Positions 46,137 through 54,598 of a DNA stretch of 64,000 nucleotides are shown here, piece after piece. A program made the translations under genes and the position numbers. Positions within the stretch are counted from its first letter, which is position 1, and each line of letters starts with the position of its first letter. A model generated the notes under the pieces. That model worked only from the letters and a program-made list of their open reading frames with translations, did no database searches and had not been told where the DNA came from. The DNA is from an uncultured Thermotogae bacterium (GTDB lineage: Bacteria > Thermotogota > Thermotogae > MWEM01), in contig OY763325.1 in the NCBI GenBank assembly GCA_963667315.1, positions 363,378 to 427,377 of the forward strand, in the 5' to 3' direction.

Positions 46137-47248
46137 CTTACCTTCCTGACTTTGCCCCTGATGACTGTATTTCCAGCGGAATCTACCCAGGCATGATAAA
46201 GCTGTTGTACTGTATCTCCCTCGGAAATAATACCAAAAGTATCAAAGTATTTTTTTTCGTCTTCAGTGAAAGGGAAGACATCTTCTCTATCTATGGGCTT
46301 TATACCCTGTGATTCCAATGCGTTTATAAAACTCTTTGCCGAGATAAGCGCATCCTGTGCGTTATCGCTTTCTGATGCTGTATATAATTGCTGCATTGAA
46401 GGGATTATCTGTTTCGAAGAGACAAGCGAAACGGGAATTTTATGATCCGCTTTAAACTGATCTTCAGGTATCCTTTTCATGATAAGATTTTCAGAGGGCT
46501 TTTCAAAAAGAATCTCATTGAGTTTTTCACCAAAAAGCCGGATTTTGTTTTCAACAAAAACTGTAATCTGGCTTTCAAGTGCTTTTTTTATTTCAACTCT
46601 GTTTTTTATCTTTACAGGTTTGAATATATGAAGCATCCAGAAAATCATAAAAGTGATGATTGCAGCCAATAGCCATTGAACAAAATTCAACTTATTCTTA
46701 CCAAAAAAAGAACTGCGTATATTCGAAAACACGGTACCGATTGTAAGGGTTGCAAACCCAATAACTGCAGCCCATTTAATCGTTTTGGCAATCTTCGGAT
46801 GTCTGATAGCTTTTGAAAAAAGCCATACAAATAACCAGGCACCTATGGGCATACCGATCAGGGCAGCATGATAGTCACTTTTGAAAAAACCGCCAATCAG
46901 AGAATAAAATAACCAGCCGAAAAGAACGGCACCGATAGCAGCGGGGATCCCCAGGCGTTCGAATTTCCTGAATTCAACCGTATCGGAAGGAAGATACAAA
47001 TAATCCAATTCGGAAATATCGGAAAATTCCCCGGTCGAAATCTCATATTTAATTCTGTTTTTTCTTTCAAAATCAGTTTCGTCAACTTTTTGTTCTATTA
47101 AGTCATCCAGTAGATCTTCAAAGAGTACACGGGTTGAATTCTTTTTTATGGATGCTTTTATTTCATCGAGAGAGCCATTAAAATCAACATCGGTAATACG
47201 ATTTATATATTGATCTTTTAATTCCGTATTTAAAATATTCATTCTCAT
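46133..47248 (-). CDS. polytopic membrane protein with GrpE-like C-terminal domain (tentative)
   Basis: 371 aa; about 100-aa N-domain, four predicted TM helices, then a C-terminal region ending YHAWVDSAGNTVIRGKVRKVR, which resembles the GrpE C-terminal motif GYxLxDRVLRPAMVKV; stop overlaps the Hsp70-like start (ATGA). Confidence 0.4.
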   Translation of the reverse strand: MRMNILNTELKDQYINRITDVDFNGSLDEIKASIKKNSTRVLFEDLLDDLIEQKVDETDFERKNRIKYEISTGEFSDISELDYLYLPSDTVEFRKFERLGIPAAIGAVLFGWLFYSLIGGFFKSDYHAALIGMPIGAWLFVWLFSKAIRHPKIAKTIKWAAVIGFATLTIGTVFSNIRSSFFGKNKLNFVQWLLAAIITFMIFWMLHIFKPVKIKNRVEIKKALESQITVFVENKIRLFGEKLNEILFEKPSENLIMKRIPEDQFKADHKIPVSLVSSKQIIPSMQQLYTASESDNAQDALISAKSFINALESQGIKPIDREDVFPFTEDEKKYFDTFGIISEGDTVQQLYHAWVDSAGNTVIRGKVRKVR

Positions 47249-47360
47249 AAAATCATCTCCAGAATCTTCAGAAACTTGCTATGATGATTATAACCTAAAT
47301 ATGGTAAAATCATGCAGAAAAGTTTACAAAAGAAAGAAAATTTCTGAGGAGATGTTAGAA

Positions 47361-48362
47361 ATGAACGATTTTAACGTAGACATACATTTTGATTTGCTAA
47401 TGCTGGTGGAAGAAGAGAGAAGAAAGGGGAGGCATAATGTTATCAGGGAAGACTTTCTCCCATCAATAAGAGAGGGTGGATTTAGAGTGATCGTTTCCTC
47501 ACTTTTTATCGATGATATTTTTATTCCGGAAATGGCATTGCGTCATGCACTTGATCAAATCAGCAGCCTTTATCAGGAGATAGAAGAATCCGATCATGAA
47601 TTAAAACTCTGCAAAAACTATCAGGATATCGAGTCGTTAAAAGATCATCAGATTGGGATTATGTTAGCTTTTGAGGGAATTGAACCTTTGTACAACGACA
47701 TAAACCTGCTGGATATTTTTTATGAACTTGGTGTCAGAATTGTTGGCATGAACTGGTCCAGAAGAAATTATGCGGCAGATGGCTGTTTTTTCAACGAACA
47801 GCGGGAAGGGAAAAAAGGTGGCCTTACACCATTTGGCGTTCAAATAGTTGAGAGAGCGGAAGCGCTTGGAATGATCATCGATGTTAGTCACTTGAACGAT
47901 GAAGGGTTTTGGGATGTCATCAAATTTTCAAAGAAACCTGTTCTCGCAACACATTCAAATTCCAGATCCCTTACTTCTGTGATGCGGAATCTAACCGATG
48001 AACAGATCAGGGCAATTGCAGAAAAAGATGGGCTAATCGGCATCAATTCAGCGAGTTCATTCGTCAGTGATAAAGATGAAACTTCTAATATCACAGCGTA
48101 TGTTAATCATATAGAAAAAATGAAAGAACTCGTCGGTATCGATTATGTGGCTCTTGGATTTGATTTCTGCGATTCAAGTATATCGGATAAATTTGAACCG
48201 ATTAAATTTAATAACGGCAGAACTTTTTTCAACGTTGTCAGAGGTCATTCGGATGCACAAAATGTTAAAAAAGAAATGTTGGAAAGAGGTTTTACAAAAG
48301 TGGAAACAGAAAAAGTATTCTCTGAAAATTTCTTGAGACTTGTGAAGAATCATATCAAATAA
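47361..48362 (+). CDS. membrane dipeptidase (peptidase family M19)
   Basis: About 333 aa from ATG 47361 (GAGGAG 9 nt upstream); zinc-ligand pattern VDIHFDL ... AFEG ... DVSHLN ... THSNSR as in renal-dipeptidase-like enzymes. Confidence 0.8.
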   Translation: MNDFNVDIHFDLLMLVEEERRKGRHNVIREDFLPSIREGGFRVIVSSLFIDDIFIPEMALRHALDQISSLYQEIEESDHELKLCKNYQDIESLKDHQIGIMLAFEGIEPLYNDINLLDIFYELGVRIVGMNWSRRNYAADGCFFNEQREGKKGGLTPFGVQIVERAEALGMIIDVSHLNDEGFWDVIKFSKKPVLATHSNSRSLTSVMRNLTDEQIRAIAEKDGLIGINSASSFVSDKDETSNITAYVNHIEKMKELVGIDYVALGFDFCDSSISDKFEPIKFNNGRTFFNVVRGHSDAQNVKKEMLERGFTKVETEKVFSENFLRLVKNHIK

Positions 48363-48368
48363 TGGATA

Positions 48369-48409
48369 ATCAGCATATGGGCAGGTCTTGCACCTTCCCA
48401 TATGCTGAT
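48369..48409. terminator. long near-perfect hairpin between convergent genes (terminator-like, no strong U-tract)
   Basis: atcagcatatggg (48369-48381) pairs with cccatatgctgat (48397-48409); the 15-nt loop itself contains aggt/acct. Confidence 0.5.
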
Positions 48410-48417
48410 TTTAAGAT

Positions 48418-48729
48418 TTACGCCAGAATCTTCCACCCGAAAATCTTCAAATCGATTTTGTCATTATGAAAAACGACTCCTTCGGCTTCAAGCATATTCC
48501 TCTGAAGGATTTTTGATTCTTCGTCTCCCAGGCTTATCTTCCCCTGAGAATTTATCACGCGATGCCAGGGAAGTTTCATATCAGAAGAGGATTTTGAGAG
48601 TGCATAACCGACCATCCTTGCTGTACATCCTCCGTGAATGGATGCAATCATACCATACGATGCAACCTTGCCGGCAGGTATATTTCGAATTATTGAATAA
48701 ATTTCCGAGTAAATCCCTTCTTTTGTCAT
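48418..48729 (-). CDS. alkyltransferase-like protein (ATL; MGMT-fold DNA-binding protein without the active-site Cys)
   Basis: 103 aa; MGMT C-domain helix-turn-helix (AGKVASYGMIA) and PWHRV in place of the catalytic PCHRV. Confidence 0.8.
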   Translation of the reverse strand: MTKEGIYSEIYSIIRNIPAGKVASYGMIASIHGGCTARMVGYALSKSSSDMKLPWHRVINSQGKISLGDEESKILQRNMLEAEGVVFHNDKIDLKIFGWKILA

Positions 48730-48733
48730 TAAA

Positions 48734-49213
48734 TTACCTCACCGGTGCCTGTTTACCGGTTAATTCCCCCGGTATTATCTTCAAGATACAAGTCTTTTTC
48801 AGGGTAGAAGCGGGAAGGGGCTCAAGCTCCCGGTTGATGGTGTGCTTCAAGATGATCTTTAAGCCCTCATACCGTTCTTCCAGATCATCTATGATGAAAA
48901 TCTTACCGTTTCCCATTACACTCCTGAAATACGTCGTACATTCGCTGCTGTCTTCTACGATATGCAATTTCACGGAGTCCACGATTTCAAAAAAACAGGG
49001 TGTTCCCTTTTCCGCCTTATTCCGTCGGATGATATCCAATTTTTTACCCTCTACTGCGCAATGGAGAAAGAGATTTTCGCCGTCGAAACCGTAATTCATC
49101 GGAACAACATAGGGGATATTGTTATCCGCTAAACCCAGATGCAGTAAATTATTTTCCCTGATAATAGCTTTAACGGCAGTTATTTCGTGGATTTGCTTAT
49201 CTTTTCTTCGCAT
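48734..49213 (-). CDS. pyridoxamine 5'-phosphate oxidase-family FMN-binding protein (NimA-like split barrel)
   Basis: 159 aa; N-terminal pattern MRRKDKQI ... HLGL ... PYVVPMNY characteristic of PNPOx-like/general stress protein 26 family. Confidence 0.75.
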   Translation of the reverse strand: MRRKDKQIHEITAVKAIIRENNLLHLGLADNNIPYVVPMNYGFDGENLFLHCAVEGKKLDIIRRNKAEKGTPCFFEIVDSVKLHIVEDSSECTTYFRSVMGNGKIFIIDDLEERYEGLKIILKHTINRELEPLPASTLKKTCILKIIPGELTGKQAPVR

Positions 49214-49222
49214 AAGATCTCC

Positions 49223-50050
49223 TTAAACGTTCATGCCATTTCTGAAGGTTTCGTAATACCAGTCGAGTGCTTCAGCAGACATGGAATTTTTATGGATTTC
49301 CGGGATGTTTTTAAGATATTCTTCCTTCGAAGGGGTGTTTTCGATCAAGGCAGTCAATTCTGAGAATTTTGTATACATCTTTTCCATATCATTATGCTTT
49401 AGAACACCGCTGTGAGAGTCAATATAATATTCTGCACCATAACTCATCAACTTTTTCAAAAGATTCAAATAAACTTCCCTATGATAATAAAATCCTTTTT
49501 TATCATCTGAACCGACATAAAGACAATCTCCAAAGAAGAGGACTTTTTCGTTTACACTAAATACCACACAGCAATCATCCGTATGATCAGCCTGTACTTT
49601 TTCTATTATGAGGGTATCCGCTCCCGTTTCGATGGTCATTTTCTTTTCAAAGGTGATAGTCGGTAATCGGATTCCAATGTCGAAAACTCCATCTTCAAAT
49701 TCATTTTTTATCGGATAATCTTTTTCTGTTATCGTATTTTCCCAATCCGTATTTTCCATTTCTTTCATGATGTTTTTTGTGTTTTCATGGGCAATGATTG
49801 GACCATTCAGTTCTGATAACCCGAAGATATGATCCCAATGCCAATGCGTTAGCACACAATAATCGGGATGACTTAGATGATTTTCCTTCAGATGGTCCAG
49901 AAATTGCCTGATGTGTTTTATTGAAGTCCCGCCATCTATCATAACAGAACCGGTTTTGCCTTTAAAGTAACCCAACGCAGGTCTGTCTCTGTATTCTTCC
50001 TCTTCAAGATAATAAAAGTTTTCAGTTAGTTGTATAAATTTTTGTTCCAT
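49223..50050 (-). CDS. MBL-fold metallo-hydrolase
   Basis: 275 aa; zinc motif VLTHWHWDH. Confidence 0.8.
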   Translation of the reverse strand: MEQKFIQLTENFYYLEEEEYRDRPALGYFKGKTGSVMIDGGTSIKHIRQFLDHLKENHLSHPDYCVLTHWHWDHIFGLSELNGPIIAHENTKNIMKEMENTDWENTITEKDYPIKNEFEDGVFDIGIRLPTITFEKKMTIETGADTLIIEKVQADHTDDCCVVFSVNEKVLFFGDCLYVGSDDKKGFYYHREVYLNLLKKLMSYGAEYYIDSHSGVLKHNDMEKMYTKFSELTALIENTPSKEEYLKNIPEIHKNSMSAEALDWYYETFRNGMNV

Positions 50051-50090
50051 AGAATGCCTCCTGTTATTTCATGTGCATGATTATATCATG

Positions 50091-50133
50091 TAAAAAAACA
50101 AAAAAACCGCGGAACATTTCGCACCGCGGCTTT
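50091..50133 (-). terminator. intrinsic terminator downstream of the ABC ATPase gene
   Basis: ccgcgg-N11-ccgcgg hairpin (50107-50129) followed on the minus strand by TTTTTTTGTTTTTTT. Confidence 0.7.
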
Positions 50134-50150
50134 TAATAGATGTGAATCGC

Positions 50151-51263
50151 TTAAATCAATGCTTCTTCAGTGTTTGGATCAAACAATCTCATCTTCTTGA
50201 GATCAAATACAAGGTCCATCTTCATATCCGGTTTTGCACCTGTTTCAGGTAATACCGTTGCAACGAATTTTCCGTCTCCAACTTCAGCATGAATAAGCGT
50301 TTCGCTTCCGAGCGGTTCGATAACTTCAACCTTGACACTTACAACATTTTCGCCATCTACAGCATTCTTTGAGAATACCTTGTCGTAGATGTTTTCAGGT
50401 CTGATACCGAATACAATATCTTTATCAACAAAAGCTGATACCTTTTCTTCATAATCTGCGGGAACTTTAACCTTGAAGGCATTTGATTTTTCAACAACCC
50501 ACATACCCTTTCCGTCTTTTGTAATCTTACAGTCGGCAAAGTTCATTGGAGGTGTTCCGATAAATCCTGCGACGAAGATGTTTGCAGGATGGTTGTAAAT
50601 GGTGTATGGATCGCCAACCTGCTGTACGAGACCGTCTCTCATGATAACGATCTTGTCGGCCATTGTCATCGCTTCGATCTGGTCATGTGTAACATATGCG
50701 ATTGTTGCATCCAGCCTGTGATGAAGCTTCTTAAGTTCTGATCTCATCTGAACTCTGAGTTTTGCGTCGAGGTTTGAAAGGGGTTCGTCGAACAAGAAGA
50801 CCTTTGGGTTTCTAACGATAGCTCGACCAACGGCAACTCTCTGTCTCTGTCCACCTGAAAGTTGTTTTGGTTTTCTGTCGAGCAATGGTTCGATACTGAG
50901 AATCTGTGCCGCATTCTTAACTCTTTCTTCAATTTCTGCCTTTGGGAACTTTCTGAGTTTCAGTCCGAAAGCCATGTTATCGTATACGGTCATATGTGGA
51001 TAAAGAGCGTAATTCTGGAAAACCATTGCGATGTCTCTGTCTTTTGGTTCAACATCGTTTACAACTCTATCGTCAATCTTGATTTCTCCCTTTGTAATCT
51101 CTTCCAATCCGGCAATCATTCTAAGCGTAGTTGTTTTTCCACAACCGGACGGTCCAAGCAATACAACAAATTCCTTATCTCCAATAACAAAATCATGATC
51201 TTTAACGGCTTCTACGTTTCCGTCAAATATCTTCCATACATGTTCAAGTTTTACTTCTGCCAC
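50151..51263 (-). CDS. sugar ABC transporter ATP-binding protein (MalK/MsmX/UgpC type)
   Basis: 370 aa; Walker A GPSGCGKTT, Q-loop, signature LSGGQRQRVAVGRA, Walker B VFLFDEPLSNLD, H-loop, plus a C-terminal MalK-like regulatory domain; no permease or binding protein adjacent. Confidence 0.9.
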   Translation of the reverse strand: MAEVKLEHVWKIFDGNVEAVKDHDFVIGDKEFVVLLGPSGCGKTTTLRMIAGLEEITKGEIKIDDRVVNDVEPKDRDIAMVFQNYALYPHMTVYDNMAFGLKLRKFPKAEIEERVKNAAQILSIEPLLDRKPKQLSGGQRQRVAVGRAIVRNPKVFLFDEPLSNLDAKLRVQMRSELKKLHHRLDATIAYVTHDQIEAMTMADKIVIMRDGLVQQVGDPYTIYNHPANIFVAGFIGTPPMNFADCKITKDGKGMWVVEKSNAFKVKVPADYEEKVSAFVDKDIVFGIRPENIYDKVFSKNAVDGENVVSVKVEVIEPLGSETLIHAEVGDGKFVATVLPETGAKPDMKMDLVFDLKKMRLFDPNTEEALI

Positions 51264-51268
51264 TTAAA

Positions 51269-51529
51269 TCACACCTCCTGATTATTCTCATCAATAAAAT
51301 AGTCCAAATTCAATTTTTTGATTAAATTGATATCCTCATCGTCGCTGAGTTCCATGAGATATAGATCCTTGACTTTTGAAAGAAAATCCATTAATTTCAT
51401 ATATCTTTCATAATCCATCATCACCGAAACAGGCTTACCGTTTTTCGTTATGATGATCTCCTTTTCCTTACAGTCGTTGACGACGCTGGAAAACTTCTTC
51501 TTCGCATCTGCCAAACTGTAAAACGCCAT
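51269..51529 (-). CDS. Phd/YefM-family antitoxin-like small protein
   Basis: About 86 aa from the internal ATG (51529); LADAKKKFSSVVNDCKEKEIIITKNGKPVSVMMDYERYMKL matches the Phd/YefM N-terminal fold pattern; acidic C-terminal tail. No toxin gene downstream. Confidence 0.55.
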   Translation of the reverse strand: MAFYSLADAKKKFSSVVNDCKEKEIIITKNGKPVSVMMDYERYMKLMDFLSKVKDLYLMELSDDEDINLIKKLNLDYFIDENNQEV

Positions 51530-51854
51530 TTCGGAAAACTTTCTCAAAAACCTCACCTCTTGACCATAATTATAGTCATATTTTTATTGTAAATCAAGGG
51601 GGTTATGTAAAGATTTTGTAAATATATTTGAAGAGTAAAATAACACATCTGTTTTTTGAATTTGATTGAGATAAGTGGTTGTAAAATAGCCATATTTATT
51701 GGCTCTTTACAGAGCCAGATAGAATTGCTATCATTAAGACAAAGAGAGGATGCCTTGGAAGGGATTATTTAACTCATTTGAGCGATTGAAGTAAAACTTA
51801 CAGGGTATTCGTGTTAGCATATTCTGAAAATAGCCTTTTCATGAAGGAGTCTTT

Positions 51855-53240
51855 ATGTTTATCGAAATCAACAGGAACAAATCTGTTCCGATAAAAAAAC
51901 AATTATATGATGCGCTTACGTTAAAATTTCTGAACGGTGAGGTTGAAGGTGGGGTGAAAATGCCTTCTACACGTCGTCTTGCCGAGGATTTGAATCTTTC
52001 TCGCAATACTGTTCTGGAGATTTATGAACAGTTAATCGCTGAGGGATATTTGTATGCCGCAAGAGGGAGCGGGACTTTTGTTGCTGAGAATATTGCAAAG
52101 CGTAATGTGAGAAAGGAGATAAAAGATAAAACGGAAAAGAAGAACAGTTCCGTTTCCGGGATCAGCCTTGTAGCGGGAACACCTGATCTTGAAAACTTTC
52201 CTGTGAAAGCCTGGGAAAAAGCCCTTCATTCACTTTTATTACGAAATGAAACAGTTTTATTTGATTATGGTTCTTATGAAGGGTATCAACCTCTGAGGGA
52301 AAGTTTGTGTCAATACCTGGCTAATCATAAGGGGATTATCTGTGAATCCGATCAGATTATTATCACTTCCGGTGCAAAGGACGCCATGCGAATTCTCGCT
52401 TCGGCATTAAAGCCGTATTTTCAATCATTATTAATGGAATCACCCTGCATCGATTTCATAGAAGGTGTTTTTGGATATTACAGCTATCGTTTGCTGCCAT
52501 GTCGTGTGGATAATGAGGGACTTGTTGTTGACGAGATCAAAGAAAAGACCCCTTCGTTAATCTATACGTCTCCTTCGCATCAGTTTCCGCTTGGTGGAAC
52601 GCTTTCCGTTTCACGCCGTCAACAGCTTGTGACGATTGCTGACGAATTCAATCATGTCATTCTTGAAGATGATTATGATAGTGAATTTCGTTATAAGGGA
52701 GCCCCTTTGAATTCTATCTTTCAGTTAAACCCTGAGCGGGTTATTCATATCGGAACGTTCAGTAAAACACTGTCTCCGTCCTTGCGTATTGGGTATATGG
52801 TTGTACCGTATCATTTCTTGAAGAATATAAGAGGGTACTTTGAAAGGATTGGGAATTTCCCCTGCACTTTAAATCAGGCAGTAATGAATGAGCTGATCAT
52901 CAATGGAAGTTATGAGAAACATGTTTACAAGATGACAAGATTGTATAAGGCAAAGATGAGTTTGCTTGTCAAACGATTAAGGGAAATTTTCGGCAAAAGG
53001 ATAATCATTAACGGTGAGTACAGTGGATTGCATCTTGCAGTAATTTTCAAAGATGTTTTATTTTCCGAATTGGATCTGCCTTGTTTTAGATCAGGCGGCG
53101 TTGAGGTAGAGTTGTTAAGCTGCTATGATTATGGGAAAAAGATTTCAGAGACGAATATACTCATCATTGGGTTTGACATCTTGGGTTTGAAGAGATCGAG
53201 AATGCCGTACGTCGTTTGTTTTTTATCGTTGAGAAATTAG
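51855..53240 (+). CDS. MocR/PdxR-family transcriptional regulator (GntR wHTH fused to a fold-type-I aminotransferase-like domain)
   Basis: 461 aa; N-terminal GntR HTH (LPSTRRLAEDLNLSRNTVLEIYEQLIAEGYLYAARGSGTFV), long linker, PLP-domain with SKTLSPSLRIGY (Lys region). Confidence 0.85.
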   Translation: MFIEINRNKSVPIKKQLYDALTLKFLNGEVEGGVKMPSTRRLAEDLNLSRNTVLEIYEQLIAEGYLYAARGSGTFVAENIAKRNVRKEIKDKTEKKNSSVSGISLVAGTPDLENFPVKAWEKALHSLLLRNETVLFDYGSYEGYQPLRESLCQYLANHKGIICESDQIIITSGAKDAMRILASALKPYFQSLLMESPCIDFIEGVFGYYSYRLLPCRVDNEGLVVDEIKEKTPSLIYTSPSHQFPLGGTLSVSRRQQLVTIADEFNHVILEDDYDSEFRYKGAPLNSIFQLNPERVIHIGTFSKTLSPSLRIGYMVVPYHFLKNIRGYFERIGNFPCTLNQAVMNELIINGSYEKHVYKMTRLYKAKMSLLVKRLREIFGKRIIINGEYSGLHLAVIFKDVLFSELDLPCFRSGGVEVELLSCYDYGKKISETNILIIGFDILGLKRSRMPYVVCFLSLRN

Positions 53241-53331
53241 CCAATTGATAAGAGGTGTTCAAGAAATATTTCACTTGACATAGAGTGTCCTCTAATGTTT
53301 ATACTCACAGATAAGAAAGGAAGTGGTATTC

Positions 53332-54480
53332 ATGCAATATCGAAAGTTTGGGAAGACAAATGAAATGATCAGCATCCTCGGATTTGGAGCGATGCGGCTA
53401 CCGGTTATTGATCAGGATGATTCACAGATTGATATGGTAAAGGCAACGCAGATGGTGCGTTATGCCATAGATAAGGGGGTTAATTATCTTGATACAGCTT
53501 ATCCTTATCATGGGGGGAATAGTGAATCGTTCTGTGCTCAGGTGATGAAAGATGGCTATAGAGAAAAGATCAATATTGCAACTAAACTCCCCGTTTGGGA
53601 CGTAAAAACGCACGAGGATATGGAAAGGCTTCTTGATGAACAGCTGGAGAAACTGGAGGTAGATGTAATAGATTTTTATCTTCTTCATGCCTTGAGTAAG
53701 AAGTTTTGGGGTAATATCTGTGAAAATGACTACAAATCATTTCTCAATAAGGCAAAAGCGGATGGGAAGATTCGGTATGCCGGCTTTTCTTTTCATGATG
53801 ATTTTGATTTGTTCAGGGAAATAACAGATGATTATGATTGGGATTTCTGTCAGATTCAGCTGAATTATCTCGACGATAATTATCAGGCCGGGTTAAAAGG
53901 GATGCGATATGCAGCAGAAAAGAATCTCGGTACTGTCGTTATGGAACCTTTGAGAGGCGGTATGCTTGCCAAGACGGAACTTCCGGATGATGTTCAGGCT
54001 ATTTGGGACTCCTGTTCAATCAAGAGGAAACCAGCTCAATGGGCGTTGAAGTATCTTTGGAATTTTAAAGAAATTTCTCTTGTTCTCAGCGGAATGTCCA
54101 ATATGGAACAAGTTGTTGAGAATGTTGAGACAGCTTCAGATTCAAAACCCGATTCTTTATCTGCAGAAGAGAATAAGGCAATTGAAGAGGTCAAGAAGAT
54201 CTTTAACGAAAGAATGATCGTGAATTGTACGAACTGCAAATACTGTATGCCTTGTCCGGCAGGAGTCAATATTCCTGAAGTGTTCTGGGCATACAATCAT
54301 GCTTCAATTTTCAATGATCATGAGAAGGCGAAATTCTGGCTCAACAATTGGCTGACTGAGGAACAGAAAGCATCAAATTGTGTAAAATGCGGTCAATGTG
54401 AGTCTAAGTGTCCTCAAAATATCGAGATCATGAAACACCTTGAGATTGCGAAAGAAAAATATGAGCTTTCTGATGAGTGA
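53332..54480 (+). CDS. aldo/keto reductase with C-terminal 4Fe-4S ferredoxin-type domain
   Basis: ATG at 53332 (the ORF-track start at 53323 is GTG); AKR N-terminus ILGFGAMRLP ... YLDTAYPY; C-terminal Cys clusters CTNCKYCMPCP and CVKCGQCESKCP. Confidence 0.85.
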   Translation: MQYRKFGKTNEMISILGFGAMRLPVIDQDDSQIDMVKATQMVRYAIDKGVNYLDTAYPYHGGNSESFCAQVMKDGYREKINIATKLPVWDVKTHEDMERLLDEQLEKLEVDVIDFYLLHALSKKFWGNICENDYKSFLNKAKADGKIRYAGFSFHDDFDLFREITDDYDWDFCQIQLNYLDDNYQAGLKGMRYAAEKNLGTVVMEPLRGGMLAKTELPDDVQAIWDSCSIKRKPAQWALKYLWNFKEISLVLSGMSNMEQVVENVETASDSKPDSLSAEENKAIEEVKKIFNERMIVNCTNCKYCMPCPAGVNIPEVFWAYNHASIFNDHEKAKFWLNNWLTEEQKASNCVKCGQCESKCPQNIEIMKHLEIAKEKYELSDE

Positions 54481-54598
54481 TGTATTCCATCAAATGAAAT
54501 GAAATAACTTAAAAAATGAGTGGCATGTTGATTTGTAGTTGTTATTAAAGGTATAATAAACTGGGTGAAAAATAGTATGAAAAGGAATTTTATTTAAG

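Noticed and set aside
50151-51263. Horizontal transfer of the ABC ATPase gene, based on its apparently higher GC
   Set aside because: Other conserved enzymes in the window show the same shift, so it more likely reflects protein conservation or expression-linked codon bias; not computed quantitatively.
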